DNA of 64,000 nt from Lysobacteraceae bacterium (GTDB lineage Bacteria > Pseudomonadota > Gammaproteobacteria > Xanthomonadales > Xanthomonadaceae), in assembly GCA_044340325.1 (NCBI GenBank), contig JBIITV010000003.1:2734-66733 (forward strand), written 5' to 3'. Below are positions 1-11,027 of the stretch, piece by piece. Within the stretch, counting starts at the first letter, position 1. Every line of letters begins with the position of its first letter. A program made the position numbers and the translations under genes. Below the pieces are notes generated by a model that was not told where the DNA came from, searched no databases, and worked only from the letters and a program-made list of their open reading frames with translations.

Positions 1-1733
1 TCGTAGCCGATGCGGCCACCGGTATTCAGGTTCTTCTGGAAGTAGGGATCGTCCACCGGACCGATTTTCAACCGCAGCCGGGTGCCTGCATCGAGTCTGC
101 GGCAGGTCCACCAGAAACGATTGAAGCGCCAAGGTAGTATCACGCCCGCTTCGGTTGACGATTCGCGAGCGGCATCGGCGCGGAACCGGGCGCGCATCGC
201 ATCGCCGCCAAGCCACACCATCCGGTTCTCCGCATCGATCGCATGCAGGTCGACGCGCACGTCGGTGTCGGGCACGTTGATGGCGATGCGGGCATCGAAA
301 ACGATTGTTCCGCAGATCGTCCGCGCACGCGTCAATGGTTCGCTGTGGAAAAACAACTGCGGCCGGCGCAGCGCGTCGTCATCGCGAACGTAGCTGGCAT
401 CATCGACCGGGCGCAGCGCCCAGTCCGCAGGCTGGGTGTCGCGACGCGGGTCGAAAACGAAACTTGACGGCGGTTCTGCATCGGCCGGCGCATCCGTCAA
501 TCGGCCGCTGGCGAAAGGCGTGTCGGCCGTTGCGCCGTCGGCGCGTGCGAACAGGTTCCAACGATGCGGTGCCACAGATGCCAGGTCCGGCGCCGAGCGC
601 CATTCCTCCGCGCCCATCACGTAGTAATTCACACGGTCCGCCAGCGCCTGCGGCTTCGGCTTGCCGCGCAGCACATGATCGAACCATTCGATCTGCAGGC
701 GATCCAGATCGAGCACCGCACGTGGATCGAATGTGAGGCCGCTGACGTTGTCGCGCGGATAGCGGGTGCCGGCATGGTCCCATGGCCCGATCAGCAGCAT
801 GTGCCGTCGCGCCGCATCTGTCGCAGCGTGGCGCTGGTGCTCGTCGTAATACCGCATTGAGCCCTCCTGATCGCCGTCGAAATAGCCGGTGATGGTCAGG
901 ATCGGCGGGGTCATCCGCGCGTACTGGGCGGGCGTGGGATTGACCCTGCGCCAGTAGCCGTCGTTACCCGCGTTGTCCAGCCAGCGCGTGAAATGCCCCT
1001 GCGGTGCGCCGCTGATTTCCGCGAGTCGGCTGAATGTGGTCTCGCCGCGGTGGATGCGCGCGAATTTCCCGCGCCAATAGGCTTCGTCGCCGAACAGTTG
1101 CGCATTCGAAGCGCGACCATCGACGAACGCCAGCCACTGCGCCATGTAGCTGTACGGAATGCCGCGCGGCGAGGGATAGTCCCAGCCGGGATAGACCGAT
1201 GCGGTCGGTACCGCAGCCTTCAGCGCCGGTGGCGATTCCGCGAGCGCCTGCCACTGCGCCATGCCGCGATAGGAGCCGCCCATGGTGACGACGCGGCCAT
1301 CGGACCACGGCTGGCGCGCCAGCCACGCGATCGCGTCTGCGCCGTCCGGGCCGGTGCCTTCCAGCGGAACGAAGGTACCCTCCGACGTGCCACGACCGCG
1401 GCGGTCCAGGCTGACGTAGACGTAATCGGCGGCCACGAACTTGCGCGCCCGCACTTGGGTTTCATCGGAAAGATAGGGCGTGTGCTGCAACACGACAGGA
1501 AAGCGCCCGGCTTTCGACGGCCGCCAGATGCGTGCGGACAGCGTGATGCCATCGCGCATCGGCACCCGCGCATCGAGCAGCATGTCCATCGCCAGCGGCA
1601 CCGTTTGCGGCGGTGTCGCTGATGAACCGGATTCGGTGGTCTGTGCGAACGCAACGCCGGACAGGGCTGCGAGCGTGCATGCCATCGTCAGGCTCGAGAG
1701 GGTGGGTTGGTTCGCAGAAGTCGGTGTCGGCAT
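1..1733 (-). CDS. CocE/NonD family serine hydrolase (X-Pro dipeptidyl-peptidase-like), secreted; runs off the left edge
   Basis: Manual translation from ATG at 1733: MPTPTSANQPTLSSLTMACTLAALSGVAFAQ...VPMRDGITLSARIWRP...FPVVLQHTPY...LDRRGRGTSEG...WSDGRVVTMGGSYRG (G-x-S-Y-x-G nucleophile motif). Not in the ORF track, presumably because its stop lies outside the window. Confidence 0.88.
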   Translation of the reverse strand, partial: MPTPTSANQPTLSSLTMACTLAALSGVAFAQTTESGSSATPPQTVPLAMDMLLDARVPMRDGITLSARIWRPSKAGRFPVVLQHTPYLSDETQVRARKFVAADYVYVSLDRRGRGTSEGTFVPLEGTGPDGADAIAWLARQPWSDGRVVTMGGSYRGMAQWQALAESPPALKAAVPTASVYPGWDYPSPRGIPYSYMAQWLAFVDGRASNAQLFGDEAYWRGKFARIHRGETTFSRLAEISGAPQGHFTRWLDNAGNDGYWRRVNPTPAQYARMTPPILTITGYFDGDQEGSMRYYDEHQRHAATDAARRHMLLIGPWDHAGTRYPRDNVSGLTFDPRAVLDLDRLQIEWFDHVLRGKPKPQALADRVNYYVMGAEEWRSAPDLASVAPHRWNLFARADGATADTPFASGRLTDAPADAEPPSSFVFDPRRDTQPADWALRPVDDASYVRDDDALRRPQLFFHSEPLTRARTICGTIVFDARIAINVPDTDVRVDLHAIDAENRMVWLGGDAMRARFRADAARESSTEAGVILPWRFNRFWWTCRRLDAGTRLRLKIGPVDDPYFQKNLNTGGRIGY

Positions 1734-2568
1734 GGCGGGTGCTCCTGTCAGAGGTGTGTTCTGCAAGCGACGCGCTCGAATTGCGTTGGTCGCGGCGATC
1801 AGTCCAATGTCTTCGGTCCAATGTCTTCGATTCTGCGCCGGTCGCTGCACCAGCGTCGCTGCCCTTGGCGTCGGCGAAACGGCGATTCGCTTCCATCCAG
1901 TTCGCCACCTGCCACCAGGCCGCGATGTAATCGGCGCGCTTGTTCTGGTGCTTCAGATAATAGGCGTGCTCCCAGACGTCCAGCGCCAGCAGCGGTGTGC
2001 CGCGTTCGGCGACGAGATCCATCAGCGGATTGTCCTGGTTGGGGGTCGTGGTGATCGCCAGCGAACCATCGTCGCGAAGAATCAGCCAGGCCCAGCCGGA
2101 GCCGAATACGCTCCGCGAATCGGCATCGAAGCGTTTCTGCATGTCTTCGACACTGCCGAAATCGCGTTCGATGCGCGCCTTGAGCGCGGCGCTCGGGGCG
2201 CCACCCTGGCCCGGCGGTGCCAGCAAGGTCCAGAACAGGCTGTGGTTGTAATGGCCCCCGCCGTTGTTGCGCACGGCGCTGTCGAAGGACGAGATCTCGC
2301 GTTGCAACTGCTCCAGCGACAACGCGTTCAGCTGCGGGAAATCCTTGGTCTTGGCATTGAGATTGTCGACGTAGGCGCGATGATGACGGCCATGGTGGAT
2401 CCGCATGGTTTCCGCATCGATCGCAGGTTCGAGCGCATCGACCGCATAGGGCAGTTCGGGCAGCGCGAACGGGGCGGATTCGGTCGCGTTCGTGGCGGAC
2501 AGGGCGCAGACGTACAGCGCAAGTATCAGCGCCAGCGAGCGCGATACACGTCGCAGCGAGGTGGGCAT
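1462..2568 (-). CDS. sodA: Mn-type superoxide dismutase with N-terminal signal peptide; the C-terminus reads through into the CocE gene
   Basis: HHGRHHRAYV, NNGGGHYNHSLFW (Gly-type, Mn), TPNQDNP (Gln-type, Mn), DVWEHAYY. Hydrophobic leader LALILALYVCALSA. GAGGA sits just upstream of the ATG at 2568. Confidence 0.9.
   Translation of the reverse strand: MPTSLRRVSRSLALILALYVCALSATNATESAPFALPELPYAVDALEPAIDAETMRIHHGRHHRAYVDNLNAKTKDFPQLNALSLEQLQREISSFDSAVRNNGGGHYNHSLFWTLLAPPGQGGAPSAALKARIERDFGSVEDMQKRFDADSRSVFGSGWAWLILRDDGSLAITTTPNQDNPLMDLVAERGTPLLALDVWEHAYYLKHQNKRADYIAAWWQVANWMEANRRFADAKGSDAGAATGAESKTLDRRHWTDRRDQRNSSASLAEHTSDRSTRHADTDFCEPTHPLEPDDGMHARSPVRRCVRTDHRIRFISDTAANGAAGDGHAARCAGADARWHHAVRTHLAAVESRALSCRVAAHALSFR
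1802..1829. repeat. Perfect 14-bp tandem duplication (GTCCAATGTCTTCG x2) at the SOD 3' end
   Basis: 1802-1815 and 1816-1829 are identical. With one copy the minus-strand frame reads ...ESKTLD-TGA (TGA at 1799-1801). Confidence 0.95.
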
Positions 2569-2577
2569 CGATTCGTA

Positions 2578-2651
2578 GATCCTCATGTGTCGATCCTCAT
2601 GATGTCGAGTGACTTGATGTGAAGTGACTTGATCTCAAGTGACATGATGCC
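2578..2651. repeat. Five degenerate 14-15 bp tandem units upstream of the SOD gene
   Basis: gatcctcatgtgtc / gatcctcatgatgtc / gagtgacttgatgtg / aagtgacttgatctc / aagtgacatgatgcc. Confidence 0.8.
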
Positions 2652-2701
2652 GAGTCTCAGGCACTGAACCGCATCGTGGCCCAGTCCCGTCCTGGCAGGC
2701 C

Positions 2702-4069
<1,368 letters not shown>

Positions 4070-4154
4070 GTGGGTGCGGTTCCGTTGCGTTCGCGTTGTG
4101 TGTGTTGTCAGGCTTGGATCGATGTTGAGGCTGCGGTGCCGGGATGCGTCCGGT

Positions 4155-5774
4155 TCAATTCGGCTGAAGACCGGCGCGTCCGTTTTCGATGGTGAAGCGG
4201 CCCAACGTCTCGATCTGCGCGTCACGGGCTTTCACCGTGTCCAGTGCGCGGATGGCCAGGTGGGCATCGCGGTCCAGGGTGAGCAGGCAATAGCCGCGCC
4301 GGTCGCTGCGCGCGAAATGGAAGTGCGGGTTGTTGCGCAGGGCGCGGTCGAAGTCGACCTGCGCCGCGCCCTGCGATGTGATCGAGGTGCCGCAGACTTC
4401 GCTGGCGATCGCCGGCGCGCGCGGATCCCACGGGTCGCGCTTCAAGTCGGCCAGTACCGTCGCGTGGATATCGCCGCCGACCACCAGTGGATTGGATGGC
4501 TTCAGACGCGCGATCGTGTCGTACAGCCGCTGTCGCGCGCGCGGGTAACCGTCCCAACCGTCCGTGCGCACCGGCCGCGCAGGGCCGGGGTCGTCGTCGC
4601 GTGCGCTCATCAGTGTCTGCTGCGCCATCACGTTCCAGCGGCTTCGGCTGGTGGCGAGGCCATCGTAGAGCCATCGCTCCTGAGCCATGCCCAGCAGCGA
4701 CGCCCGCGGGTCATCGATACCCGCGCATTCCGCGATCTCGACCGTCCTGCCGCCGCCGCCTTTCAGCGGATCCGGGCAGGCCTGCGATGTGCGGTACTGG
4801 CGCCCATCCAGCATGAAGATCCGTGCGGTGTCGCCCCAGTCGACGACGGTATGCAGGCGCATCCCGCCATCGACGCGCGGCCTCATCGTCGCTGGCAACG
4901 GCATGTGCTCGTAGTAGGCTTGATACGCCGCTGCGCGGCGCAGAAGAAAACGCGGGTCGAGGTATTCCGAACGCTCACCGGCCAGATCGTTGTCGACTTC
5001 GTGATCGTCCCACACCACCAGCCATGGCATTGCCGCGTGCGCGCGCTGCAACAGCGGATCGCGCTTGTACTGCGCGTGGCGGATCCGATAGTCCTCCAGC
5101 GCGATCGGCTCGGCATTGCTGTGTCGGCGCACCAGCTCGTCGCCCCATGAGCTTTCGTAGATATAGTCTCCGAGGAACACCATCAGATCCGGCGCGTCTT
5201 CGATCAGATGACGATACGCATGGTAGTAGCCCTGTTCGTAGTGCTGGCACGAACCGATCGCGAAGCGCAGCGGCGTCGCACCGCTGCCCGGCGCGGGGGC
5301 GGTCAAGGTGCGCCCGGTCGGGCTGATGTCGTCGCCGGCGATGAAGCGATACGCATATGTGCGCCCGGGGCGCAGCCCGCGCACATCCACATGCACGCTG
5401 TGCGCCAGTTCCGGCACGGCACGCTGCTGACCGGAAGCGACGATGCGCGAGAAGCTTTCGTCTTCGGCGACTTGCCAGGTCACCGTGACGATTTCGTCGC
5501 GGGCCATGCCGCCATCGGCTTGCAGCGGCAGCGGCGCGAGTCGCGTCCAAAGCGTAGCGCCGTCGGCAACTGGATAGCCGGAGGCGACGCCCAGCGTGAA
5601 CGGATCGCCGACGAAGCGCACGCGTGCGACTTGCTGCGCACGCAGCGACGACGGCAGCATCGACAGCGCCGCGAGCGACAGCGAGGCGTGCAGAAATCGA
5701 CGGCGGGCATGTGCCGGATCCCGACCGTCTTCCTGCCTGATCAAGGTGAGCGCGCGATGAAGCAAGTGTTTCAT
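4155..5774 (-). CDS. phoD: Alkaline phosphatase D family protein, Tat-exported
   Basis: RRRFLH Tat motif; [25 protein letters not shown] and GDIH motifs. Confidence 0.92.
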   Translation of the reverse strand: MKHLLHRALTLIRQEDGRDPAHARRRFLHASLSLAALSMLPSSLRAQQVARVRFVGDPFTLGVASGYPVADGATLWTRLAPLPLQADGGMARDEIVTVTWQVAEDESFSRIVASGQQRAVPELAHSVHVDVRGLRPGRTYAYRFIAGDDISPTGRTLTAPAPGSGATPLRFAIGSCQHYEQGYYHAYRHLIEDAPDLMVFLGDYIYESSWGDELVRRHSNAEPIALEDYRIRHAQYKRDPLLQRAHAAMPWLVVWDDHEVDNDLAGERSEYLDPRFLLRRAAAYQAYYEHMPLPATMRPRVDGGMRLHTVVDWGDTARIFMLDGRQYRTSQACPDPLKGGGGRTVEIAECAGIDDPRASLLGMAQERWLYDGLATSRSRWNVMAQQTLMSARDDDPGPARPVRTDGWDGYPRARQRLYDTIARLKPSNPLVVGGDIHATVLADLKRDPWDPRAPAIASEVCGTSITSQGAAQVDFDRALRNNPHFHFARSDRRGYCLLTLDRDAHLAIRALDTVKARDAQIETLGRFTIENGRAGLQPN

Positions 5775-5783
5775 GGCGTTTGA

Positions 5784-6470
5784 TCAGCGCTCGACCGAAC
5801 GGCTTCTTGGCGCATGGATCAGCGACAGGAATTCGCGCCGTGTTGTCGGGTCGTCGCGAAACGCGCCGAGCAGATGACTCGTCACCATGGTCACACCCGG
5901 CTTGTGGACGCCCCGCGTGGTCATGCACTGGTGCGCCGCTTCGACGACGACCGCAACGCCCAGCGGTTTGAGTTCCTCGTGAATGATCTGTGCGATCTGA
6001 CCGGTCAGCGTTTCCTGGATCTGCATGCGTTTGGCGTAGACATCGACGACGCGCGCGAGCTTGGAAATGCCGACCACGCGTCCGGCGGGCAGATAACCGA
6101 TGTGGACTTTGCCCAGGATCGGAACAAGATGATGCTCGCAGTGGGTTTCCAACCGGATATCGCGCAGGACGATCATCTCGTCGTAGCCCGCGACTTCTTC
6201 GAAGGTCGTCCGCAGCAGCGCGGCGGGGTCTTCCCGATAGCCGGCGAAGAATTCTTCATAGGCACGCGCAACCCGGTCCGGTGTTCCAACCAAGCCTTCC
6301 CGCTCCGGGTCGTCGCCCGCCCATGCGATCAGTGTCCTGACCGCGCTTTCGGCTTCGGTACGGCTTGGCCTTGCCTGCCGCCGGGGCTCGGTGAGGTCGC
6401 TCGGCACGGCTGCGTTCTGGTCGGCGGACATGTCGTCGACAGCTGCAGGGCCGAATGCGTTCGAGGTCAT
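5784..6470 (-). CDS. folE: GTP cyclohydrolase I, type IA (Zn-dependent)
   Basis: [16 protein letters not shown] and HQCMTTRG zinc-ligand motifs, [13 protein letters not shown]. Start codon uncertain by about 13 codons. Confidence 0.95.
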   Translation of the reverse strand: MTSNAFGPAAVDDMSADQNAAVPSDLTEPRRQARPSRTEAESAVRTLIAWAGDDPEREGLVGTPDRVARAYEEFFAGYREDPAALLRTTFEEVAGYDEMIVLRDIRLETHCEHHLVPILGKVHIGYLPAGRVVGISKLARVVDVYAKRMQIQETLTGQIAQIIHEELKPLGVAVVVEAAHQCMTTRGVHKPGVTMVTSHLLGAFRDDPTTRREFLSLIHAPRSRSVER

Positions 6471-6507
6471 TGGGGAGGGCCGGAGGCTGTGCTTGAAGAG
6501 GCATTAA

Positions 6508-6522
6508 TGTAATGTTATAACA
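6508..6522. promoter_or_regulatory. Zur-type operator between divergent operons
   Basis: TGTAATG-T-TATAACA matches the proteobacterial 7-1-7 Zur consensus (TGTTATDNHATAACA) and lies in an AT-rich intergenic patch. Flanking genes (COG0523, DUF1826, folE) are typical of zinc-limitation regulons. Confidence 0.8.
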
Positions 6523-6589
6523 TATGCATTGAGTCTGTAATCGTCCACCTGCCTCATGCCCTCCGGCACCGCTGATTTCAGAGCCCCGA

Positions 6590-6808
6590 ATGATCCCTGA
6601 CAGTTATCCCGCATGGCGGCAGTGCATCGAGATCGACTGCGGTATCCCGCTGACCGAGCGCTTCATTCGCGAACGGATCGTTGCGCTGCAAGATCTGCGC
6701 GATTTCCGCACCGAACAGTTCCTCCGCTGCTACGGGCAGGCGCATCTCGACCGTGTCCGTGCGTGGTTCGCACAGGCGTTGAGCGAGTTCACTGCTGGCA
6801 CAGCATGA
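6590..6808 (+). CDS. Small conserved hypothetical protein (72 aa)
   Basis: IPDSYPAWRQCIEIDCGIPLT...CYGQAHL. Its stop overlaps the next start (ATGA). It resembles a small protein I recall from zinc-limitation clusters (not verified). Confidence 0.7.
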   Translation: MIPDSYPAWRQCIEIDCGIPLTERFIRERIVALQDLRDFRTEQFLRCYGQAHLDRVRAWFAQALSEFTAGTA

Positions 6809-7473
6809 GCGTGCAGCCGCGAACGATGTTGCCAGCCGAAGCCTGCGTCGGCTCGCTGCCGGAGTCGCTGTTGCGCATCCGTGAGCCTCAGCGCCGTCTC
6901 GCGATCTGGGAGCGCCGCATTCCTGCCGGTATCGTCGCTTGGCTGGGCCGCCACTTCCGGCCGCAGGACGACAGCGGCGGTTGCTCGTTCTTGCCTTCGG
7001 CCAATCCGGGTATCGCACTGGATGCGCTACTGGATCAGATCCTTCTCGCCGATGGTCTTGAGCCGCAGTCCTGTACGCCGTTCCAGCAGTGGCGGCGAGA
7101 CCTCCTGGATCTGATCGCACTCGCCAAAGAGATCGCACCGCAGACGCCCAGACTGATGCTGCGGCTGCAGCGTCTGGAGAATGCCGGCTGCCCGCTGTTC
7201 CACGTCGACCAGGTGCCACTGCGATTGCTCTGCGTCTATGTCGGTGCCGGCACCGAATGGTTGCCCGAAGATGCTCTTGACCGCTCGCGGCTGGGAACGG
7301 GTACCAACGCATCCGTGCGCGATTGGGCTGCAGTGCAGTGCATCGGCACCGGCCATGTTGCGATCATCAAAGGCGATCGCTATCCGGGCAATGTTGGCCG
7401 CGGTCTGGTGCATCGTTCCCCGGAAGCCTCCGCCGCGCAGCCCCGGATACTGGCTGCGATCGATTTCGGTTGA
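6805..7473 (+). CDS. DUF1826 domain protein
   Basis: CPLFHVDQVPLRLLCVYVGAGTEWL and KGDRYP...GLVHRSP motifs; ATGA coupling to the upstream gene. Confidence 0.85.
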   Translation: MSVQPRTMLPAEACVGSLPESLLRIREPQRRLAIWERRIPAGIVAWLGRHFRPQDDSGGCSFLPSANPGIALDALLDQILLADGLEPQSCTPFQQWRRDLLDLIALAKEIAPQTPRLMLRLQRLENAGCPLFHVDQVPLRLLCVYVGAGTEWLPEDALDRSRLGTGTNASVRDWAAVQCIGTGHVAIIKGDRYPGNVGRGLVHRSPEASAAQPRILAAIDFG

Positions 7474-7677
7474 TGCGGGCAGAGGGGTTCACCCCATGCT
7501 GTGCTGTCGCGGGCGCGGCGATGGGCTCATGGCTGCTTCGGTCCATGACCGATGACCCGTCTCAGACGCGGCCCCGTGCAATAACATCCATCAGTCGTCA
7601 ATCATGCCGTCGATCACGTCGTCGCACTGCGGAGCTCCGCACGCTACGGCCACGGTCCATCTTCCGGGAGTCGTCAC

Positions 7678-10224
7678 GTGAGTCTTTCCGTTTTGCGCCG
7701 CCAGCGCACCCTCTCCTTGCGGGCGTGCATGGCTGCCCTGCTGACAGGGGCACTGCTGGCTTTGACGACCGTTTGCCTGCCGATGGCGGATGCTGCGGCA
7801 CAGACCCTGCGCCAGACCAAGGCGCCTTTCCATGACGCCTTCCGCCAGCTCGAAGGCGAAGACTGGCCAACGCCCACCGATTATCGCAACGCTGCAGGCG
7901 CACCGGGATATCGATACTGGCAGCAGAAAGTGGATTACGACATCCGCGCACGTCTGGATGAGTCTGCGAAAACCGTCGATGGCCAGGCGCGCATCACCTA
8001 TCGCAACCATTCGCCCGATCCATTGCCGTATCTATGGCTGTTGCTGGACCAGAACAACTACAAGCGCGATTCGCTCGCCGAGCTCACCCGCACGGTCAGC
8101 GGCGACGACATCGCCTTGAATGAAGTGCGCCGCGCCAAACGCTTTCAGGAGTGGGAAGGCGGTTTCGCCATCCGCGCAGTGCGCGATGCGTCGGGCCGCG
8201 CACTGACCTTCAGCGTGGTCGACAGTTTGATGCGGATCGAGTTGCCGCAGCCGGTGGCGGCCAACGGCGGCACTACCGAGTTCGAGATCGAATGGTCGTT
8301 TCCGATGGTCGAGAACAAAGTGATCGGTGGCCGCAGCGGCTATGAATGTTTCACCGCAAAGGGCGAGGACGGCAACTGCATTTTCCAGGGCGCGCAGTGG
8401 TTCCCACGGTTGGCGGTGTACTCCGACTACGAAGGCTGGCACAACAAGGCCTTTCTGGGATCCGGCGAATTCACCCTGGAGTTCGGCGACTACACCCTGG
8501 CCTTGACCGTCCCCGCAGATCACGTGGTCGCCAGTACCGGCGAGCTTCAAAACTCCGAACGGGTCTTGAACGCCGCGCAGCGCGAGCGCCTGCGGCGCGC
8601 ACGCGACGCGCGCGAGCCCGTCTATGTGGTCACCCCGGAAGAAGCCCTGGCTGCTGAAAAAACCAAGGTCGGCGGGGAAAAGACCTGGGTCTTCAAAGCC
8701 GACAATGTGCGCGATTTCGCCTGGTCGTCGTCGCGCAAATTCGTCTGGGATGCGCTGGGAGTACGTCAGAACTCCAGCGAGCAGCCGCTGGTCATGGCGA
8801 TGTCGTTCTATCCCAAGGAAGCCCGTCCGCTGTGGGATGGGTATTCGACCAAAGCGATCGCGCACACGCTCGACGTCTACTCGCGCTTCACGTTCCCGTA
8901 TCCGTACCCCACGGCGCAGTCGGTGAACGGCCCGGTCGGCGGCATGGAGTATCCGATGATCACCTTCAACGGCCCGCGCCCGGTGAAGGACAAGAAGACC
9001 GGCAACCTCACCTACACAGAGCGCGCGAAGTACGGTTTGATCACGGTCGTGATCCATGAGATCGGGCATATCTATTTTCCGATGATCGTCAATTCCGACG
9101 AACGCCAGTGGACCTGGATGGACGAAGGCCTCAACACCTTCTTGCAGTTCCAGGCCGAAAAACTCTGGGACGCGAAGTATCCGTCGCGTCGCGGCGAGCC
9201 CAAGGACATCGTCGAGTACATGGTTTCGAAGGATCAGGTCCCGTTGATGACGCAGTCCGATTCGCTGCTGCAGTTCGGCGCCAACAGCTACGCCAAGCCC
9301 GCCACTGCCCTGGTGGTGCTGCGCGAAACGGTGATGGGGCGCGAACGGTTCGACCGTGCCTTTCGCGAGTATTCGCAGCGTTGGTACATGAAACATCCAA
9401 CGCCCTACGATTTCTTCCGCACCATAGAAGAATCCTCCGGCATCGATCTGGACTGGTTCTGGCGCGGCTGGTTTTACTCCACCGATCACGTCGATATCAG
9501 CCTGGACAACGTCGTCCGCTGGCGGCTGGACAGCGGCCAGCCGAAGAAGGAATCGGACTGGCGGCGCGGACAGCGCGAACGGCAGCCTGAATCCCTGACC
9601 GCGCAGCGCAACGACGAAAAGACCGTTGTCCAGCGCGATCCCGCGACCCGGGACTTCTACAACGCCACCGACGAGTTCACGGTTACCGCCGAAGCCGAGC
9701 GCAAGGCTGCCACCGCACAGGAAGCGTTGACGCCGGAAGAACGCGAGGCGCGGGCGGTCATCGACAGCTTCTACCGTTTCACCTTCGCCAATCGCGGCGG
9801 TCTGGTGATGCCGGTGATTCTCAAGCTGGATTTCAGCGACGGTTCCGAGCGGATCTGGCGGATTCCGGCTGAAATCTGGCGGCGCAACACACAGCAGGTC
9901 ACCTGGGAACTGGTCACGGCCAAGACCGTTGTCCGCGCCGAAATCGACCCGCTGTGGGAGACCGCCGACGCCGATCGCGATAACAATGTGTACAGCCGCG
10001 AGATCGAGCCGCGCACGTTGAAGATCCGCAAGCCGGAAGAGATCGAGAACCGGATGAAGGATGCCGATCTCAAGGTCGAACCCGGTTCGCTGACGCCGTT
10101 GTCGGCACCGAAAGCCGACGCCAAGCCCAAGAGCAAACCGGCCGATTCGGAAAACAAACCTGTTGAGTCCAATGCCCCTGCAGCCCCTGCGCCTGCCGCT
10201 ATGACCGAAACCGCAACGCCATGA
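7678..10224 (+). CDS. M1 family metallopeptidase, secreted
   Basis: GGMEYP exopeptidase motif, VIHEIGH (HExxH), WMDEG third ligand, signal peptide. Start may be the ATG at 7726. Confidence 0.92.
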   Translation: MSLSVLRRQRTLSLRACMAALLTGALLALTTVCLPMADAAAQTLRQTKAPFHDAFRQLEGEDWPTPTDYRNAAGAPGYRYWQQKVDYDIRARLDESAKTVDGQARITYRNHSPDPLPYLWLLLDQNNYKRDSLAELTRTVSGDDIALNEVRRAKRFQEWEGGFAIRAVRDASGRALTFSVVDSLMRIELPQPVAANGGTTEFEIEWSFPMVENKVIGGRSGYECFTAKGEDGNCIFQGAQWFPRLAVYSDYEGWHNKAFLGSGEFTLEFGDYTLALTVPADHVVASTGELQNSERVLNAAQRERLRRARDAREPVYVVTPEEALAAEKTKVGGEKTWVFKADNVRDFAWSSSRKFVWDALGVRQNSSEQPLVMAMSFYPKEARPLWDGYSTKAIAHTLDVYSRFTFPYPYPTAQSVNGPVGGMEYPMITFNGPRPVKDKKTGNLTYTERAKYGLITVVIHEIGHIYFPMIVNSDERQWTWMDEGLNTFLQFQAEKLWDAKYPSRRGEPKDIVEYMVSKDQVPLMTQSDSLLQFGANSYAKPATALVVLRETVMGRERFDRAFREYSQRWYMKHPTPYDFFRTIEESSGIDLDWFWRGWFYSTDHVDISLDNVVRWRLDSGQPKKESDWRRGQRERQPESLTAQRNDEKTVVQRDPATRDFYNATDEFTVTAEAERKAATAQEALTPEEREARAVIDSFYRFTFANRGGLVMPVILKLDFSDGSERIWRIPAEIWRRNTQQVTWELVTAKTVVRAEIDPLWETADADRDNNVYSREIEPRTLKIRKPEEIENRMKDADLKVEPGSLTPLSAPKADAKPKSKPADSENKPVESNAPAAPAPAAMTETATP

Positions 10225-10757
10225 ATGCCATGCGCGCGTCGATCGCAAGAACCACGGCCATTGTTCTCATGCGCTGTATCGTTGTGCTGTCGCTGCTGGT
10301 GGTCAGTGGCATCGGGTTCGCGCATCGCGGCAACGACATGCTGAGCGTGATCGAGATCGACGCGGCGACCGGACATCTGCTGGTCACCCATCACTTCGCC
10401 GCTCACGATCTGGAACCAGCGCTGCTGCGGATCGCATCGGACGTGCAGCCCAGCCTGGATGACCCCGCTGCACAGGCGGCGTTGATCCGCTACACCGGCA
10501 CGAACTTCTCGCTGTCCGATGGCGGCGAACGAGCCGTGCCGCTGCGCTTCGAAGCGATCAAGCTCTCGGGCGACGATGTGCGGTTGGTCTATCGCGGCAC
10601 CCTGCCGCTGCCGGCGAAGACGCTGCAGATCGATTCGCGGCTGTTGAACGGTCTGTATCCGGACGAAACCCATCAGATCAACATCCGCCGTGCCGGCATC
10701 ACCCGATCGGTGCTGCTGCGCGGCGGGTCTGAAACGCAGCAGGTGCTGTTCGAATAG
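10221..10757 (+). CDS. DUF6702-like secreted protein
   Basis: Signal peptide ending GFA-H, then HHFAAHDLE and HQINI. Coupled to the M1 gene by an ATGA overlap. Confidence 0.7.
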   Translation: MNAMRASIARTTAIVLMRCIVVLSLLVVSGIGFAHRGNDMLSVIEIDAATGHLLVTHHFAAHDLEPALLRIASDVQPSLDDPAAQAALIRYTGTNFSLSDGGERAVPLRFEAIKLSGDDVRLVYRGTLPLPAKTLQIDSRLLNGLYPDETHQINIRRAGITRSVLLRGGSETQQVLFE

Positions 10758-11027
10758 TCTTCATGCCAGGATGAAGGCTTCAATGACTGGAGTGCGAATT
10801 CGCAGGCTCTCGGCGTTGCGTTTGAACAAAGCCTGCAACTGGCGATGGCTTCGATCCGAACTTGTGTTCAGTTCACTGTTGCCGTTGTTGGAAAGGAAAC
10901 GCCAGCGCGCGTCCATGCGCGCCAGCGCTCCCGAGGGCAGTACGTCAGCGTGCCGGCCTGCGATCCGCATGGCGCCTGAGCGCCCGTCGGTACGATCGGG
11001 CCGCAGCGCTGCTTCCGGTGCGAAGCG

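Noticed and set aside
2578-2651. CRISPR array
   Set aside because: Units are 14-15 bp, contiguous and degenerate, with no spacers and no cas genes.
7572-7586. Zur half-site (ATAACA) upstream of the M1 peptidase
   Set aside because: The left half does not match; too weak to call.
8032-10248. 738-aa minus-strand ORF
   Set aside because: Antisense shadow of the M1 peptidase. Long stop-free antisense frames are expected at this GC, and it has no motifs.
10761-10970. 69-aa minus-strand ORF in the intergenic gap
   Set aside because: No RBS or motif I can support; it may be a gene remnant, but the evidence is insufficient.
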